Shown here: in pieces, positions 1 through 8,650 of the stretch
Layout of the letters: each line of letters starts with the position of its first letter
Numbering within the stretch: position 1 is the first letter of the stretch
Origin: an uncultured Acidimicrobiaceae bacterium
Lineage (GTDB): Bacteria > Actinomycetota > Acidimicrobiia > Acidimicrobiales > RAAP-2
NCBI GenBank assembly: GCA_963738135.1
Contig: CAVTVK010000001.1
Span: forward strand, 314,189-378,188
DNA length: 64,000 bases
Direction of reading: 5' to 3'
The notes under the pieces: generated by a model
Database searches by the model: none
The model's input: the letters and a program-made list of their open reading frames with translations, nothing else
Told to the model about the DNA's origin: nothing
Position numbers and translations under genes: made by a program

Positions 1-66
1 CGCAGCAGCCGCCACCACGATGATGAGGCAAGCCGCCCTGCGCATTCGTCGGGCGCGTCCTCTCAT
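1..66 (-). CDS. 5' end of a gene running off the window (basic N-terminus then a hydrophobic stretch: signal peptide or membrane anchor)
   Basis: Reverse-strand ATG at 66..64 reads MRGRARRMRRAACLIIVVAAAA to the window edge. Only 22 codons are visible, so no function can be assigned. Confidence 0.25.
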   Translation of the reverse strand, partial: MRGRARRMRRAACLIIVVAAAA

Positions 67-228
67 GGCCGCCCAACCCTAGGGCTTTGGAGTACGGGCG
101 AGCGGGACCCGGCCGTCGGAGCCGCGGCGACGGCGCGCATAGGGTCGTGGGCGCAACGGGGCGGGCGGGCACGGGCTCTCGAGTCGACTGCTGCGCCTCG
201 CCGGCAAGACCCAGAACCGGAAGAGCAC

Positions 229-1842
229 ATGGCTGTCGCCCGCATGAACCAGAAGACCGTCGTCGGCATCGTGTTCGTCTCCGCCATGTTCATGAACATC
301 ATGGACATCACCATCGTGAACGTCGCGTTGCCCACCATCGGCCGCGAATTCCACATCCCCCCCACGGCGGTCGACGGGGTCGTCATCGCCTACCTGGTGA
401 GCCTGGCCGTCTTCATTCCGGCGTCGGGCTGGTTGGGGGACCGATTCGGCGGCAAGCGCGTCCTCCTCACCGCCATCGTCGTCTTCACCGTGGGCTCGGC
501 CCTGTGCGGCCTGGCCCAGAACTACCCGGAGCTCGTCGTCTTCCGGGTCATTCAGGGTGCGGGCGGCGGCATGATGGCCCCGGTCGGCATGGCCATGCTC
601 TACCGGGTCTTCCCGCCGGCCGAGCGCGTGCGGGCGGCCAGCATCCTCACTCTTGGGACCACCGTGGCCCCCGCCGTGGGGCCGGTGCTCGGCGGGTTCC
701 TGGTCACCAACTTCTCGTGGCGCTGGGTCTTCTTCGTGAACGTCCCGATCGGCATTGTGGCGGTCCTCTTCGGCGCCCTGGCGTTGGAGCGGACTACTGC
801 CATCGACGCCGGTCGCTTCGACGTGCCCGGGTTCATCCTCGGGGGCGCCGGTTTGGGCCTCTTGATGTATGGCGTGTCCGAAGGCCCACTCGAATCGTGG
901 TCGTCGACGGCCGTGGTCGTCACCTGCGTCTCCGGGGCTGCACTCCTGGTGGCGTTCGTCCTGGTGGAATTGCGGACCACACGGCCGATGGTGGACCTGC
1001 ACCTGCTCCGAGAGCGGCTGTTCCGCTCGACCAACTGCGTCATGTTCCTGGCCGCCGCCGCCTTCTTGGGAATGCTCTACCTGATCCCCCTCTATTTCCA
1101 GGACGCACGAGGGCTCTCTGCGCTGCAATCGGGCCTCTCCACGTTCCCCGAGGCGTTCGGCGTCATGATCGGAGCGCAGTTCGCCAGCCGCTTCATCTAC
1201 CCGCGTGTCGGCCCCCGCCGGCACATCACCGCCGGGTTGCTCGGTCTGGCCGCCTGCATGCTCGTGCTGACCCAGATCACTGTGACCACCAACCTGTGGT
1301 TCATCCGCGGGCTCATGTTCGTTCTGGGGTGGATGATGGCGCAGGTGATGGTGCCGAACCAGGCGGCGGCCTTCGCCATGATCACCCCAGAGTCGATGGG
1401 CCGGGCCTCGACCTTCTTCAACACCATGCGCCAGGTCGGCAGTGCCACTGGCGTCGCGGTCCTCTCGACCGTGTTGATCGGTGCGGGCACGGCCCATGGC
1501 ACGGGCGGGACCTCATCGCCGGACATCACGGGCTACCGATTCGCCTTCCTCACCGCGGCGATCTTCGCTCTGGCCGCCGCCGCGTTCTCCCTGACCATCC
1601 ACGACAGAGATGCAGCGGAAACGATCGTGCGGCGGGTCCGTCGGCCCGCGCGCGGGCGCCCCGCACGGAAATACCTATCCCCGAAGGGAGCCCCGCATGA
1701 CCACGGTGGAGACGGTCTGCGTGTTCTGCGGTTCGAGTCCTGGTGCGGATCCCGTCTTCGCGGAGGCGGCCCGGCGGTTTGGGTCCACTGTCGCCGCACG
1801 CGGGCATCGAGCTCGTCTACGGCGGCGCCTCGGTCGGCCTGA
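229..1842 (+). CDS. MFS transporter, DHA2 (EmrB/QacA-like) drug:H+ antiporter family
   Basis: 537-aa ORF with motifs GWLGDRFGGKRVLL and FRVIQGAGGGMMAPVG and about 14 hydrophobic segments. The last ~48 codons overlap the next gene and look non-protein-like, so the true C-terminus is uncertain. Confidence 0.85.
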   Translation: MAVARMNQKTVVGIVFVSAMFMNIMDITIVNVALPTIGREFHIPPTAVDGVVIAYLVSLAVFIPASGWLGDRFGGKRVLLTAIVVFTVGSALCGLAQNYPELVVFRVIQGAGGGMMAPVGMAMLYRVFPPAERVRAASILTLGTTVAPAVGPVLGGFLVTNFSWRWVFFVNVPIGIVAVLFGALALERTTAIDAGRFDVPGFILGGAGLGLLMYGVSEGPLESWSSTAVVVTCVSGAALLVAFVLVELRTTRPMVDLHLLRERLFRSTNCVMFLAAAAFLGMLYLIPLYFQDARGLSALQSGLSTFPEAFGVMIGAQFASRFIYPRVGPRRHITAGLLGLAACMLVLTQITVTTNLWFIRGLMFVLGWMMAQVMVPNQAAAFAMITPESMGRASTFFNTMRQVGSATGVAVLSTVLIGAGTAHGTGGTSSPDITGYRFAFLTAAIFALAAAAFSLTIHDRDAAETIVRRVRRPARGRPARKYLSPKGAPHDHGGDGLRVLRFESWCGSRLRGGGPAVWVHCRRTRASSSSTAAPRSA

Positions 1843-2270
1843 TGGGTGTGGTGGCCGACGCCGCCCTGGCTGCGGGTGGACGGGCTACCGGCGTCATCAC
1901 CGAGTCACTGGCGGGCCACGAGATCGCCCACGCCGCGCTGAGCGAACTGCACGTGGTGAGCACCATGCACGAGCGCAAGGCGCTCATGTCCGAGCTGTCG
2001 GACGCCTTCGTCATGCTGCCGGGCGGATTCGGCACCTACGAGGAATTCATGGAGTCGGTTACCTGGGCCCAGCTCGGCATTCACGACAAGTCCTGCGGCA
2101 TCCTCAACGTGGACGGATTCTTCGACGAGCTGCTCGCCTTTGTCCGCCACGCCGTTGCACAGGGTTTCATCAAGGCCCGCCAGGTCGACGCTCTCGTCGT
2201 CTCCGGCGACGTCGACGAGCTGCTCACCGGGCTCGTGGGCGCGCCGCAGGATCAGGTCGTCACCCGGTAG
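1697..2270 (+). pseudogene. LOG-family (TIGR00730, cytokinin riboside 5'-monophosphate phosphoribohydrolase-like) gene with a +1 frame break
   Basis: ATG 1697 (RBS gaagggag) gives MTTVETVCVFCGSSPGADPVFAEAARRFGSTVAARG in one frame. The rest (IELVYGGASVGLMG...LPGGFGTYEEF...) continues in the frame of ORF 1743..2270. The junction is the GGG run at 1802-1804, which has one extra G relative to an intact reading. Confidence 0.75.
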
Positions 2271-2733
2271 AGAACCCGACTCCGGCCGACCACTCGATCA
2301 CGGGCGGCCGCACGGCGGCACACCGTGGATGGCCTTTCTCGTCCGTCAGACCGAGCCGGCCGACGAGGGCCCCTCGCTCCACGGCTGCCCGCAGGATGTC
2401 CGACGGCACACCGTCGAGCATGAGCTTGGCCCGGCGGAACATTGCGAACTCGCCCGCTGCGTCAACCACGCCCCACGAGAGGTAGACGAACCTCTTGCCG
2501 GGGCCACCTTGCAGGAAAGGGCTCCGGAGGTCGAGCCCGGATGCGCTGTCGCTCGTCATGCAGTCGAGTTCCCACACGGCACTGCGCGCGTCCCCACGGA
2601 TCACGCCCGAGAGCTCGCCCGGCTTGTTCCGGCGCTGCACGCCGACGTGGATGTTGGGATGGCCATCGGGGTAGTCGGGTCCCGGTCCACAGGAAGACCC
2701 GGGGAGGTCGCGCCCTTCGATCCGGATCAGCAC
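2260..2733 (-). CDS. conserved hypothetical protein, DUF5990-like
   Basis: GTG at 2733 starts VLIRIEGRDLPGSSCGPGPDYPDGHPNIHVGVQRRN...RFVYLSWG...FRRAKLMLD...GHPRCAAVRPPVIEWS, a pattern I recognise from actinobacterial DUF5990 proteins. The upstream part of ORF 2260..2928 is Arg/Ser-rich and overlaps the next gene. Confidence 0.6.
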   Translation of the reverse strand: MLIRIEGRDLPGSSCGPGPDYPDGHPNIHVGVQRRNKPGELSGVIRGDARSAVWELDCMTSDSASGLDLRSPFLQGGPGKRFVYLSWGVVDAAGEFAMFRRAKLMLDGVPSDILRAAVERGALVGRLGLTDEKGHPRCAAVRPPVIEWSAGVGFSTG

Positions 2734-2767
2734 CCGACCAGTCTGGCGCCTGGGCGCCCCCTTTTGC

Positions 2768-3637
2768 TCAGGACGGACGAGGAAGCAGGAGCACGTCACG
2801 CAACTCGTCGGTCCCGCCCCAGTCGGCGAGGAGGTGCGCAACAGAGTTGTAGGGCTTCTGCTTTCCGGTGGACTTCTCGAGCAGCGACGCCGTGTAGCCG
2901 AGCTTTTCGAAGTAACGCAGATAGTCACCCACTGTGGTGCCCGACACCCGGCGCAGCATCTCGTCCTTCAGCTCGGTGGTCACGACTGGGCGATCGCGTT
3001 CGACGATGCGTGTCGCGCCCTGCACCACCCGACCCTCGGCTCCTTCTACGTCCATTTTGAGGAAGCCCACCGGACCCTCAATGAGGTCGTCGAGTCGGAA
3101 TGTCGGCACGACCGTGCCGGGGTGAGAGAGGAGGTCCCCGTCGTCGATCAGGCCCCCGTTCGATCCGACGTGCGTCGAGTAGTACGCCCAACCGGTCGCT
3201 GCATCCGCCGCCACCGGTAACACCTCGACGTTCGTGGTCTCATTCAGTCGGAGCGAGGACAACAAGAGCCGGCAATTCTCGGAGTTCGGTTCCAACGCCA
3301 TCACTTGGCCGGACGGACCGACCAGCCTCGACGCCAAGAGCGAGTAGTAGCCAAGGTTGGCACCGACGTCGACCACCGTCATTCCCCTGGTGCAGTGCTG
3401 TTCGAACACCGCAGTGAGGTGCGACTCGTAGTGACCGGACAGTAAACCAGGCGTCACGGCTGCATCGGCGGCGTCACAGAACAACTCGACGCCGCCGACC
3501 GTGCAGCGCACGGCATCCTCCCCCGCCAACTGCACGGAGAAGGCCGTCGGCGCGACCTGATGCTCGATCGTGCCCAACATCCGGCGGATGGTCGACACAC
3601 GGGCCAGGTCCCCCGTCGGCCGCCTCGTCGACATCAT
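2768..3637 (-). CDS. FkbM-family SAM-dependent methyltransferase
   Basis: Motifs VVDVGANLGYYSLLAS (SAM-binding) and FLKMDVEGAEGRVV. The start is uncertain: ATG 3637, ATG 3580, or a longer frameshifted N-terminus (see findings). Confidence 0.7.
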   Translation of the reverse strand: MMSTRRPTGDLARVSTIRRMLGTIEHQVAPTAFSVQLAGEDAVRCTVGGVELFCDAADAAVTPGLLSGHYESHLTAVFEQHCTRGMTVVDVGANLGYYSLLASRLVGPSGQVMALEPNSENCRLLLSSLRLNETTNVEVLPVAADAATGWAYYSTHVGSNGGLIDDGDLLSHPGTVVPTFRLDDLIEGPVGFLKMDVEGAEGRVVQGATRIVERDRPVVTTELKDEMLRRVSGTTVGDYLRYFEKLGYTASLLEKSTGKQKPYNSVAHLLADWGGTDELRDVLLLPRPS

Positions 3638-3885
3638 GGCGGAGCTCGTCCGGCAGCGTCGGGTAGAGCAGGGCGACCAGTTCGTCATAGGTGATTCCCC
3701 GCCGCGTCGGTTCCGGGACTGTGCCTCCGAGCCCATGCACCATGCGGTCGCGGAGCGGCCTCAGCTTCTCTTTGACAGCGTCCTGCCAGGTATCCCGCGC
3801 TTCGACCACTCCGGCCCACGGTATCCGCTGACCAAGGGGCCCGGTCGCTAGTGTCTGCACGAAGCGACCCCACGGAGGAGACATC

Positions 3886-4359
3886 GTGCCCACTGCAGAT
3901 CGGATCGCCGCCAGCCGTACCGTCGCGGCCAGTCCGGCAGAGGTCTTCCGGATCGTCACCGATCCTGCCATGCACGTCGAGATCGACGGCTCGGGCATGC
4001 TGGAGGCGGCGCCTGGGGCCCGGCGCGTGAGCGCGCCCGGGGACACGTTCGTGATGGACATGGACCGGGAGGCGTTGGGCGACCAGCCGATGGGCAAGTA
4101 CAAGTCGGTCAACACGGTGACGAGGATCGTCCCTTACGAGCTCCTCGAGTGGAACGTCGGCTTGCCCGACCACGGTCCGTTCGGTCATGTCTACGGCTGG
4201 GAGATCATGGCGGTCGGCCCGGACGAGACGATCGTCACCAACTACTGCGCCTGGCCCGACATCCCCGAGTACGCCCGTCCGCACTTCCCGATCGTTCCCC
4301 TCTCCATGCTGGAGAAGTCAGTCGACAACCTCGCGGCGCTCGTCTCTCGCCAGGGCTGA
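3886..4359 (+). CDS. SRPBCC-superfamily (polyketide cyclase/dehydrase, START-like) protein
   Basis: 157 aa: SPAEVFRIVTDPAMHVEIDGSGML...GDTFVMDM...WNVG...GWEI. Clear paralogue of 7501..8019 and 54117..54593. Confidence 0.75.
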   Translation: MPTADRIAASRTVAASPAEVFRIVTDPAMHVEIDGSGMLEAAPGARRVSAPGDTFVMDMDREALGDQPMGKYKSVNTVTRIVPYELLEWNVGLPDHGPFGHVYGWEIMAVGPDETIVTNYCAWPDIPEYARPHFPIVPLSMLEKSVDNLAALVSRQG

Positions 4360-4724
4360 ACGCCGGAACCATGGGTTGCCTTGGTCGGAGCAGCCTACGG
4401 ATCCCAATTTTTGGGAAGGCGCCACGACAGCCGCCCGACACAGGAACCCCCGGTGCAACAACGCCCACCTGTTCGGGAGCAGCGTTGCTGTCACTAACAA
4501 CGCCTTCGTGAACTACTTCAACGTGACGCTGTCAGATGCGCCGAGTGGCTGGCCGGCGACGACCAACGTGACCACCTGCGGCAACACCACGGGCTCTGCC
4601 CAGTCTCCCGTGGTCGCACCTCCCTGTCCGGGGTAAGCAGCCTGAACCTCCCCAAGGTCGCATTCTGATCAGCGCGGTATCGGCGGATGGGCCCAAGGGC
4701 CCAAGGGATGCCGATCGGGCCCAG

Positions 4725-4800
4725 ATGACCGCGGCCGCGTGCCTCGCCCGCTACAGCGGTCGGACCCTCGAGACCTACGGCGACGACCCGCGCACCCACT
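4725..4800 (+). pseudogene. short fragment resembling the N-terminal (core-binding) domain of an actinobacterial tyrosine recombinase/integrase
   Basis: AAACLARYSGRTLETYGDDPR resembles the FLARYSGRT..Y..DLR motif of XerC-like integrases. No catalytic domain follows, because the frame runs into the antisense strand of the GNAT gene. Confidence 0.3.
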
Positions 4801-4868
4801 CCGGTGTCATTGATCGGGCCACCGCCTATTTCATGCGGCCAAACGAGCGAGTGCGTGCGCGACGCCCC

Positions 4869-5501
4869 TCAGAAAGGCGGGCCCAGTACTCGAAGGCGGT
4901 TCGACGGGGCGATGCAATCTTGCTCAAAAGAGAACCAGCATGTCAGCAGGGGCATTGTCATCGGTTCGTGTTCCTGCTCGACGCTGACCTCCGGGCCGAC
5001 TCGGCGCCACCCCAATCGTCGGTAGAAAGGCAGACGGATCTCCCGGCAAAACAGAAGAGCAAAGGGTCTTCCGGTCATCTTCATGCGGTCGGTCGTCTCT
5101 TGGACCAGACGAGCGCCGATGCCTTGTCCTCGCAGTGACGGGTGAACCATGACACTGCCAAGGCCGACTCCCGGAATGCGAACGCCGTCCGCCTCCACGT
5201 CGATCAAGAGGTATCCGGCGTGGGCGACAAGTCGTCCGGCCTCCGAGAAGCACACCTGATGGTCCTTTGGCGCCCATGAGATGGCCAAATTGTCTGTTCC
5301 GTACGGGTCCGACTCTCCATCAGAGAGCAGTGCTGCCTCCGCAGCGGAAAAGTCCGATGTTTCGGTGATTTCGATCAAGCGACGACAGTACCAAGGTTGT
5401 TCTTGCCGGGGCTGCGCTAAACCGTCTTCCGAGATGGCCCTCCCGTTAGGGGGGACCAGTGGCACAAGCGCTCCGAGCCATCGTACGGGGTCCAACACCA
5501 C
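4869..5501 (-). CDS. GNAT-family N-acetyltransferase (layout resembles aminoglycoside 2'-N-acetyltransferase-type proteins)
   Basis: 210-aa ORF with acetyl-CoA motif VMVHPSLRGQGIGARLV followed by FYRRLGW. Start uncertain. Confidence 0.7.
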   Translation of the reverse strand: MVLDPVRWLGALVPLVPPNGRAISEDGLAQPRQEQPWYCRRLIEITETSDFSAAEAALLSDGESDPYGTDNLAISWAPKDHQVCFSEAGRLVAHAGYLLIDVEADGVRIPGVGLGSVMVHPSLRGQGIGARLVQETTDRMKMTGRPFALLFCREIRLPFYRRLGWRRVGPEVSVEQEHEPMTMPLLTCWFSFEQDCIAPSNRLRVLGPPF

Positions 5502-5578
5502 GGCTGCGGCAGCAGCTGCGGCTGCGCTCCATTCGCTCTAGGCGGCCGCTTCGACGGAATCTGACCTAGCTTCGCGCC

Positions 5579-5923
5579 ATGATGGCGTTCATCAAATACG
5601 TGACATTCGACTGCGCTGATCCTCAAGGGCTTTCATCCTTCTGGTCAGAAGTCACTGGGTACCGGTCCGTAGCCGAAGAGGATGGCTTCGCAGCTCTGGC
5701 TGCACCCGATCACCGAGGTGTCCGGGGGATCCTGTTCTGGAGGGTTCCTGAACCTAAGACTGCGAAGAGCAGAATCCATGTTGACCTAGCGACCAAGGAC
5801 CCGGAGGACGAGATCGAGCGACTCATTGCTCTCGGCGCCACGATGGTCGAGTTCCGAGAAGGCAACGGAACTAGCTGGACTGTCATGCTTGATCCTGAGG
5901 GCAACGAGTTCTGCATAGGGTGA
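5579..5923 (+). CDS. VOC-family (glyoxalase/bleomycin-resistance fold) protein
   Basis: 114 aa: FIKYVTFDCADPQGLSSFWSEVTGY...HVDLAT...TVMLDPEGNEFCI. Confidence 0.8.
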   Translation: MMAFIKYVTFDCADPQGLSSFWSEVTGYRSVAEEDGFAALAAPDHRGVRGILFWRVPEPKTAKSRIHVDLATKDPEDEIERLIALGATMVEFREGNGTSWTVMLDPEGNEFCIG

Positions 5924-6044
5924 CCGCGCCCTGATCCAAGGCCTCTTACTTCCGGCGAGCTCCTATCACTTGTCAACCCCTCTTTGGGGCTCGGGAGTGA
6001 AAACAGCGGACACGACATTGATCAGTCACTCGTGGTGAGGACAA

Positions 6045-7459
6045 GCTCCTATTGGGTCACGCGTTTTCGAGATCATTGGCTCGAGCTGAGGGTCGGCGAA
6101 TCGCTGGAGAGTCAGCTCCAAGAAGCGACAGTACGGGGGAAGGCCAGACCCACCAGCCCGAGGCTTCAGCCGCGAGGCAAGTAGCGGTAGACCTCGCGGG
6201 CGACGTAACGCTTCAAGATGCGAATGACCTCGGCCTTGGTCTTGCCCTCCTTGACCCGGCGCTCGAAGTAGAGCTGGGTCTCGGGGTCGTGGGCGATGCG
6301 CACCATGACGATGCGCCAGAGCGCGCTGTTGGCCTGGCGATCTCCACCGTCGTGGGCCTTGACCTTGCCGTTGGTCTTGCCCGATCCGGCCGGGACGGGT
6401 GCGACACCGCACAGGTGGGCCCAGGCGGCCTCTGAACGCAGTCGGTTGGGGTTGTCGCCGGCCGCCATGACCAATGCAGCTGCGGTGTCGGGTCCGACGC
6501 CGAAGACGTCGAGGAGGTCGGGCACGGTGGCGACGAGGAGCGCCTCGATACGAGTGTCGAGCTCGGCAAGTTCGTCGTCGAGGGCTTCGATCCGGTGGGC
6601 CAACGAGGACAGCGACGCCTTGGTTGCCGCGGTCACCGGATCGGGGGATCGCGTCGGCCGGAGCCGGGACCCTTCGGCGACAAGGGCCGGCACCGAGAGG
6701 CCTTTGAGGCGGCAACGAAGCTGTTCGGGAGCTGTGTAGCCGAGGTGGCGCATCTGGATGAGGGCCTTGGTTCTGGCCTGGCGGGCCGAGCGCTTGGCGA
6801 CGACGAGCACTCGGATGGCTTCGACAGCACCGTCCCTGGACTTAGGGCTGCCACTCGCTCGGCCGCTGAGCGCGGCGCGGGCCGCTTCAACGGCGTCGAG
6901 AGGATCGGACTTGCCGCTGCGACGGCGTTCCTCTCGATTGGGTCGGTCGACCTCGATGACCTCGACTCCCACTCGGCGCAGATGGCGAGTCAGTCCCGAG
7001 CCATACGAGCCGGTGCCCTCGATGCCGATCCTGGTCACGTCCCCGAAGGACTCGAGCCAGGCCAGCAGCGCCTTGTAACCCCCAGCGTTGGTCTCGAAGC
7101 GTTCCGTGCCGAGCAGCCCACCCAGCGGGTCGAGGGCGGCGGCTACGTGCACGTCAAGGTGTGTGTCGACGCCACCAGTCACACCACGCGCAGCTTCTAC
7201 GATGGTCATTGGTCATCCCTTCTGTCTTTGAAGTTAGGGATGGCACGGCCGTTCCGGATCGGAGCGACGGGCGGCCCAGGCTTGTTGCTGCAAGCCGGGC
7301 CAATCACCCCAACTCGGAGACGGGACGTGCCGCTGTCAATGTGCCGCTGGTTGGTCTCGGTCGACGACGTCTCGCAACGTCACGGGGATCCGAGTCAGAC
7401 CGGACCTGCCAGCACTCCCGAAGCTATTCAGGACCAGCAATCAAGCGGTGGACCCTCAG
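6045..7459 (-). mobile_element. IS110-family insertion sequence, copy 1 (approximate limits)
   Basis: Limits are inferred from sequence shared with copy 2. CTGAG(C)GGGTCCACC lies near the 5' side (reverse complement at 7447..7459) and AATAGGAGC near the 3' side (reverse complement at 6045..6053). No terminal inverted repeats, as usual for IS110. Limits are not verified. Confidence 0.3.
6166..7209 (-). CDS. IS110-family transposase (DEDD-type recombinase)
   Basis: 347 aa: GVDTHLDVHVAAALD...GIEGTGSYG...HLCGVAPVPAGSGKT...GGDRQANSALWRIVMVRI...KRYVAREVY. Confidence 0.9.
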   Translation of the reverse strand: MTIVEAARGVTGGVDTHLDVHVAAALDPLGGLLGTERFETNAGGYKALLAWLESFGDVTRIGIEGTGSYGSGLTRHLRRVGVEVIEVDRPNREERRRSGKSDPLDAVEAARAALSGRASGSPKSRDGAVEAIRVLVVAKRSARQARTKALIQMRHLGYTAPEQLRCRLKGLSVPALVAEGSRLRPTRSPDPVTAATKASLSSLAHRIEALDDELAELDTRIEALLVATVPDLLDVFGVGPDTAAALVMAAGDNPNRLRSEAAWAHLCGVAPVPAGSGKTNGKVKAHDGGDRQANSALWRIVMVRIAHDPETQLYFERRVKEGKTKAEVIRILKRYVAREVYRYLPRG

Positions 7460-7500
7460 AGAAGTATCAATGTACGGGGGCACCCCACTCCGGAGCAGTG

Positions 7501-8019
7501 CTACTCAGCAATGACCTTCTCGAGCCTCTCCAGGCTGGCCGTCATGGACTCAAGAATGGAATTGTTCCCGTTGATCCACGCCCCACCATCGCTCAACAGG
7601 GATTGGCGGACCTCTTCCGTCACGGTGCCGCAGTCAAATACCTCCGTGACGATGGTGGCATCGTCACCGTCCGGGGTGAGGATGTAGCCCCAGCGGTAGC
7701 CCGCAGGGATGCCGACTTTGGACGGATCATCACCCTCGGCCCGAGAAGGATCTCCGGGGGCCGGTTCCCAAAAGATGCGCCGATCTGGCTCGAACTCCAC
7801 CACGTAGTTGAGCATGAGGTAGTCGTCTCCGAGCCGATGCATCTTCATGGTGAAGGTGTCGCCCACCTCGGAGATGGGACGGTCAAGGACGGCTCCCCGG
7901 AGCATGTCGGATCCGTCAAAATCCATGTGACGTTGCGGATTCGCCAGTATTTCAAAGATGGCGGCCGCAGGTGCTTCGATTTTGCGTGATGCTTCGATCG
8001 GTTTGCTTTCCTTTGACAT
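7501..8019 (-). CDS. SRPBCC-superfamily protein
   Basis: 172 aa: APAAAIFEILANPQRHMDFDGSDML...GDTFTMKM...FEPDRRIFWE. Paralogue of 3886..4359 and 54117..54593. Confidence 0.75.
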   Translation of the reverse strand: MSKESKPIEASRKIEAPAAAIFEILANPQRHMDFDGSDMLRGAVLDRPISEVGDTFTMKMHRLGDDYLMLNYVVEFEPDRRIFWEPAPGDPSRAEGDDPSKVGIPAGYRWGYILTPDGDDATIVTEVFDCGTVTEEVRQSLLSDGGAWINGNNSILESMTASLERLEKVIAE

Positions 8020-8152
8020 GGTGCAGTCCTCTCTGTCGCTCTTTCTGAGTGGGTGTTATGCCGAGACTGCGGGTTGAGTCGCTTCGCGTCATCCGCAGCG
8101 CGGTCGATCCGACACGGTGGACGGGTTTCTAGTCGGCCACCGTCTCCGCCCT

Positions 8153-8650
8153 TCACGCAGGCGCGCCGGCAAGGACCGCTTCGATTTGCGAGAAGACAAT
8201 GCGCATGCCTTCTTCGAACCCCGTGGCGAGCACCTCCTCCATCCCCGTCTGCGAGTCGAAGTGGGTGCGGATCGTCATCACAGCTCCCCTGCCGTCGCGC
8301 TCGTCGATGGTGATGATCATGGCTGTCATCGAGTTCCCGTCGTTCGGGCGGCCGTCGTCGTCCACGTCGGCATCCCGCAGCTCGAGGTGGCGGGGCGGGA
8401 CGGCGGCGATGACCTCCCACCTGCTGTCGTGGCGCTCGCCCCCGGTCCCGGTCATGAAGAAGGTGATCCGCCCGCCGGCCCGCAGGTCGTGGTCGACCAC
8501 GGTCGCCGGGTAGCCAGGGGGCCCCCACCACTGCTCGAACTGGCGGGGGTCGGCCCACAGCTGCCATGCCCGGTCGACGGTGGCATCGAGGTTCGCCGTG
8601 ACCGTCATGGTCAGGGATTCGGGGTCCTTCTCGACGCTGGTCACGCTCAT
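8153..8650 (-). CDS. SRPBCC protein of the AHSA1 (activator of Hsp90 ATPase homolog 1-like) type
   Basis: ATG 8650 gives MSVTSVEKDPESLTMTVTANLDATVDRAWQLWADPRQFEQWWGPPGY. ATGA overlap with the stop of the upstream ArsR gene. Confidence 0.75.
   Translation of the reverse strand: MSVTSVEKDPESLTMTVTANLDATVDRAWQLWADPRQFEQWWGPPGYPATVVDHDLRAGGRITFFMTGTGGERHDSRWEVIAAVPPRHLELRDADVDDDGRPNDGNSMTAMIITIDERDGRGAVMTIRTHFDSQTGMEEVLATGFEEGMRIVFSQIEAVLAGAPA

Noticed and set aside
79-1700. Two very long ORFs (79..1497 minus, 87..1700 plus) overlapping the MFS gene
   Set aside because: Their translations are Arg/Gly/His/Pro-rich and have no family motifs. These are the typical shadow ORFs produced by high GC3 of the real gene (229..1842), which has clear MFS motifs.
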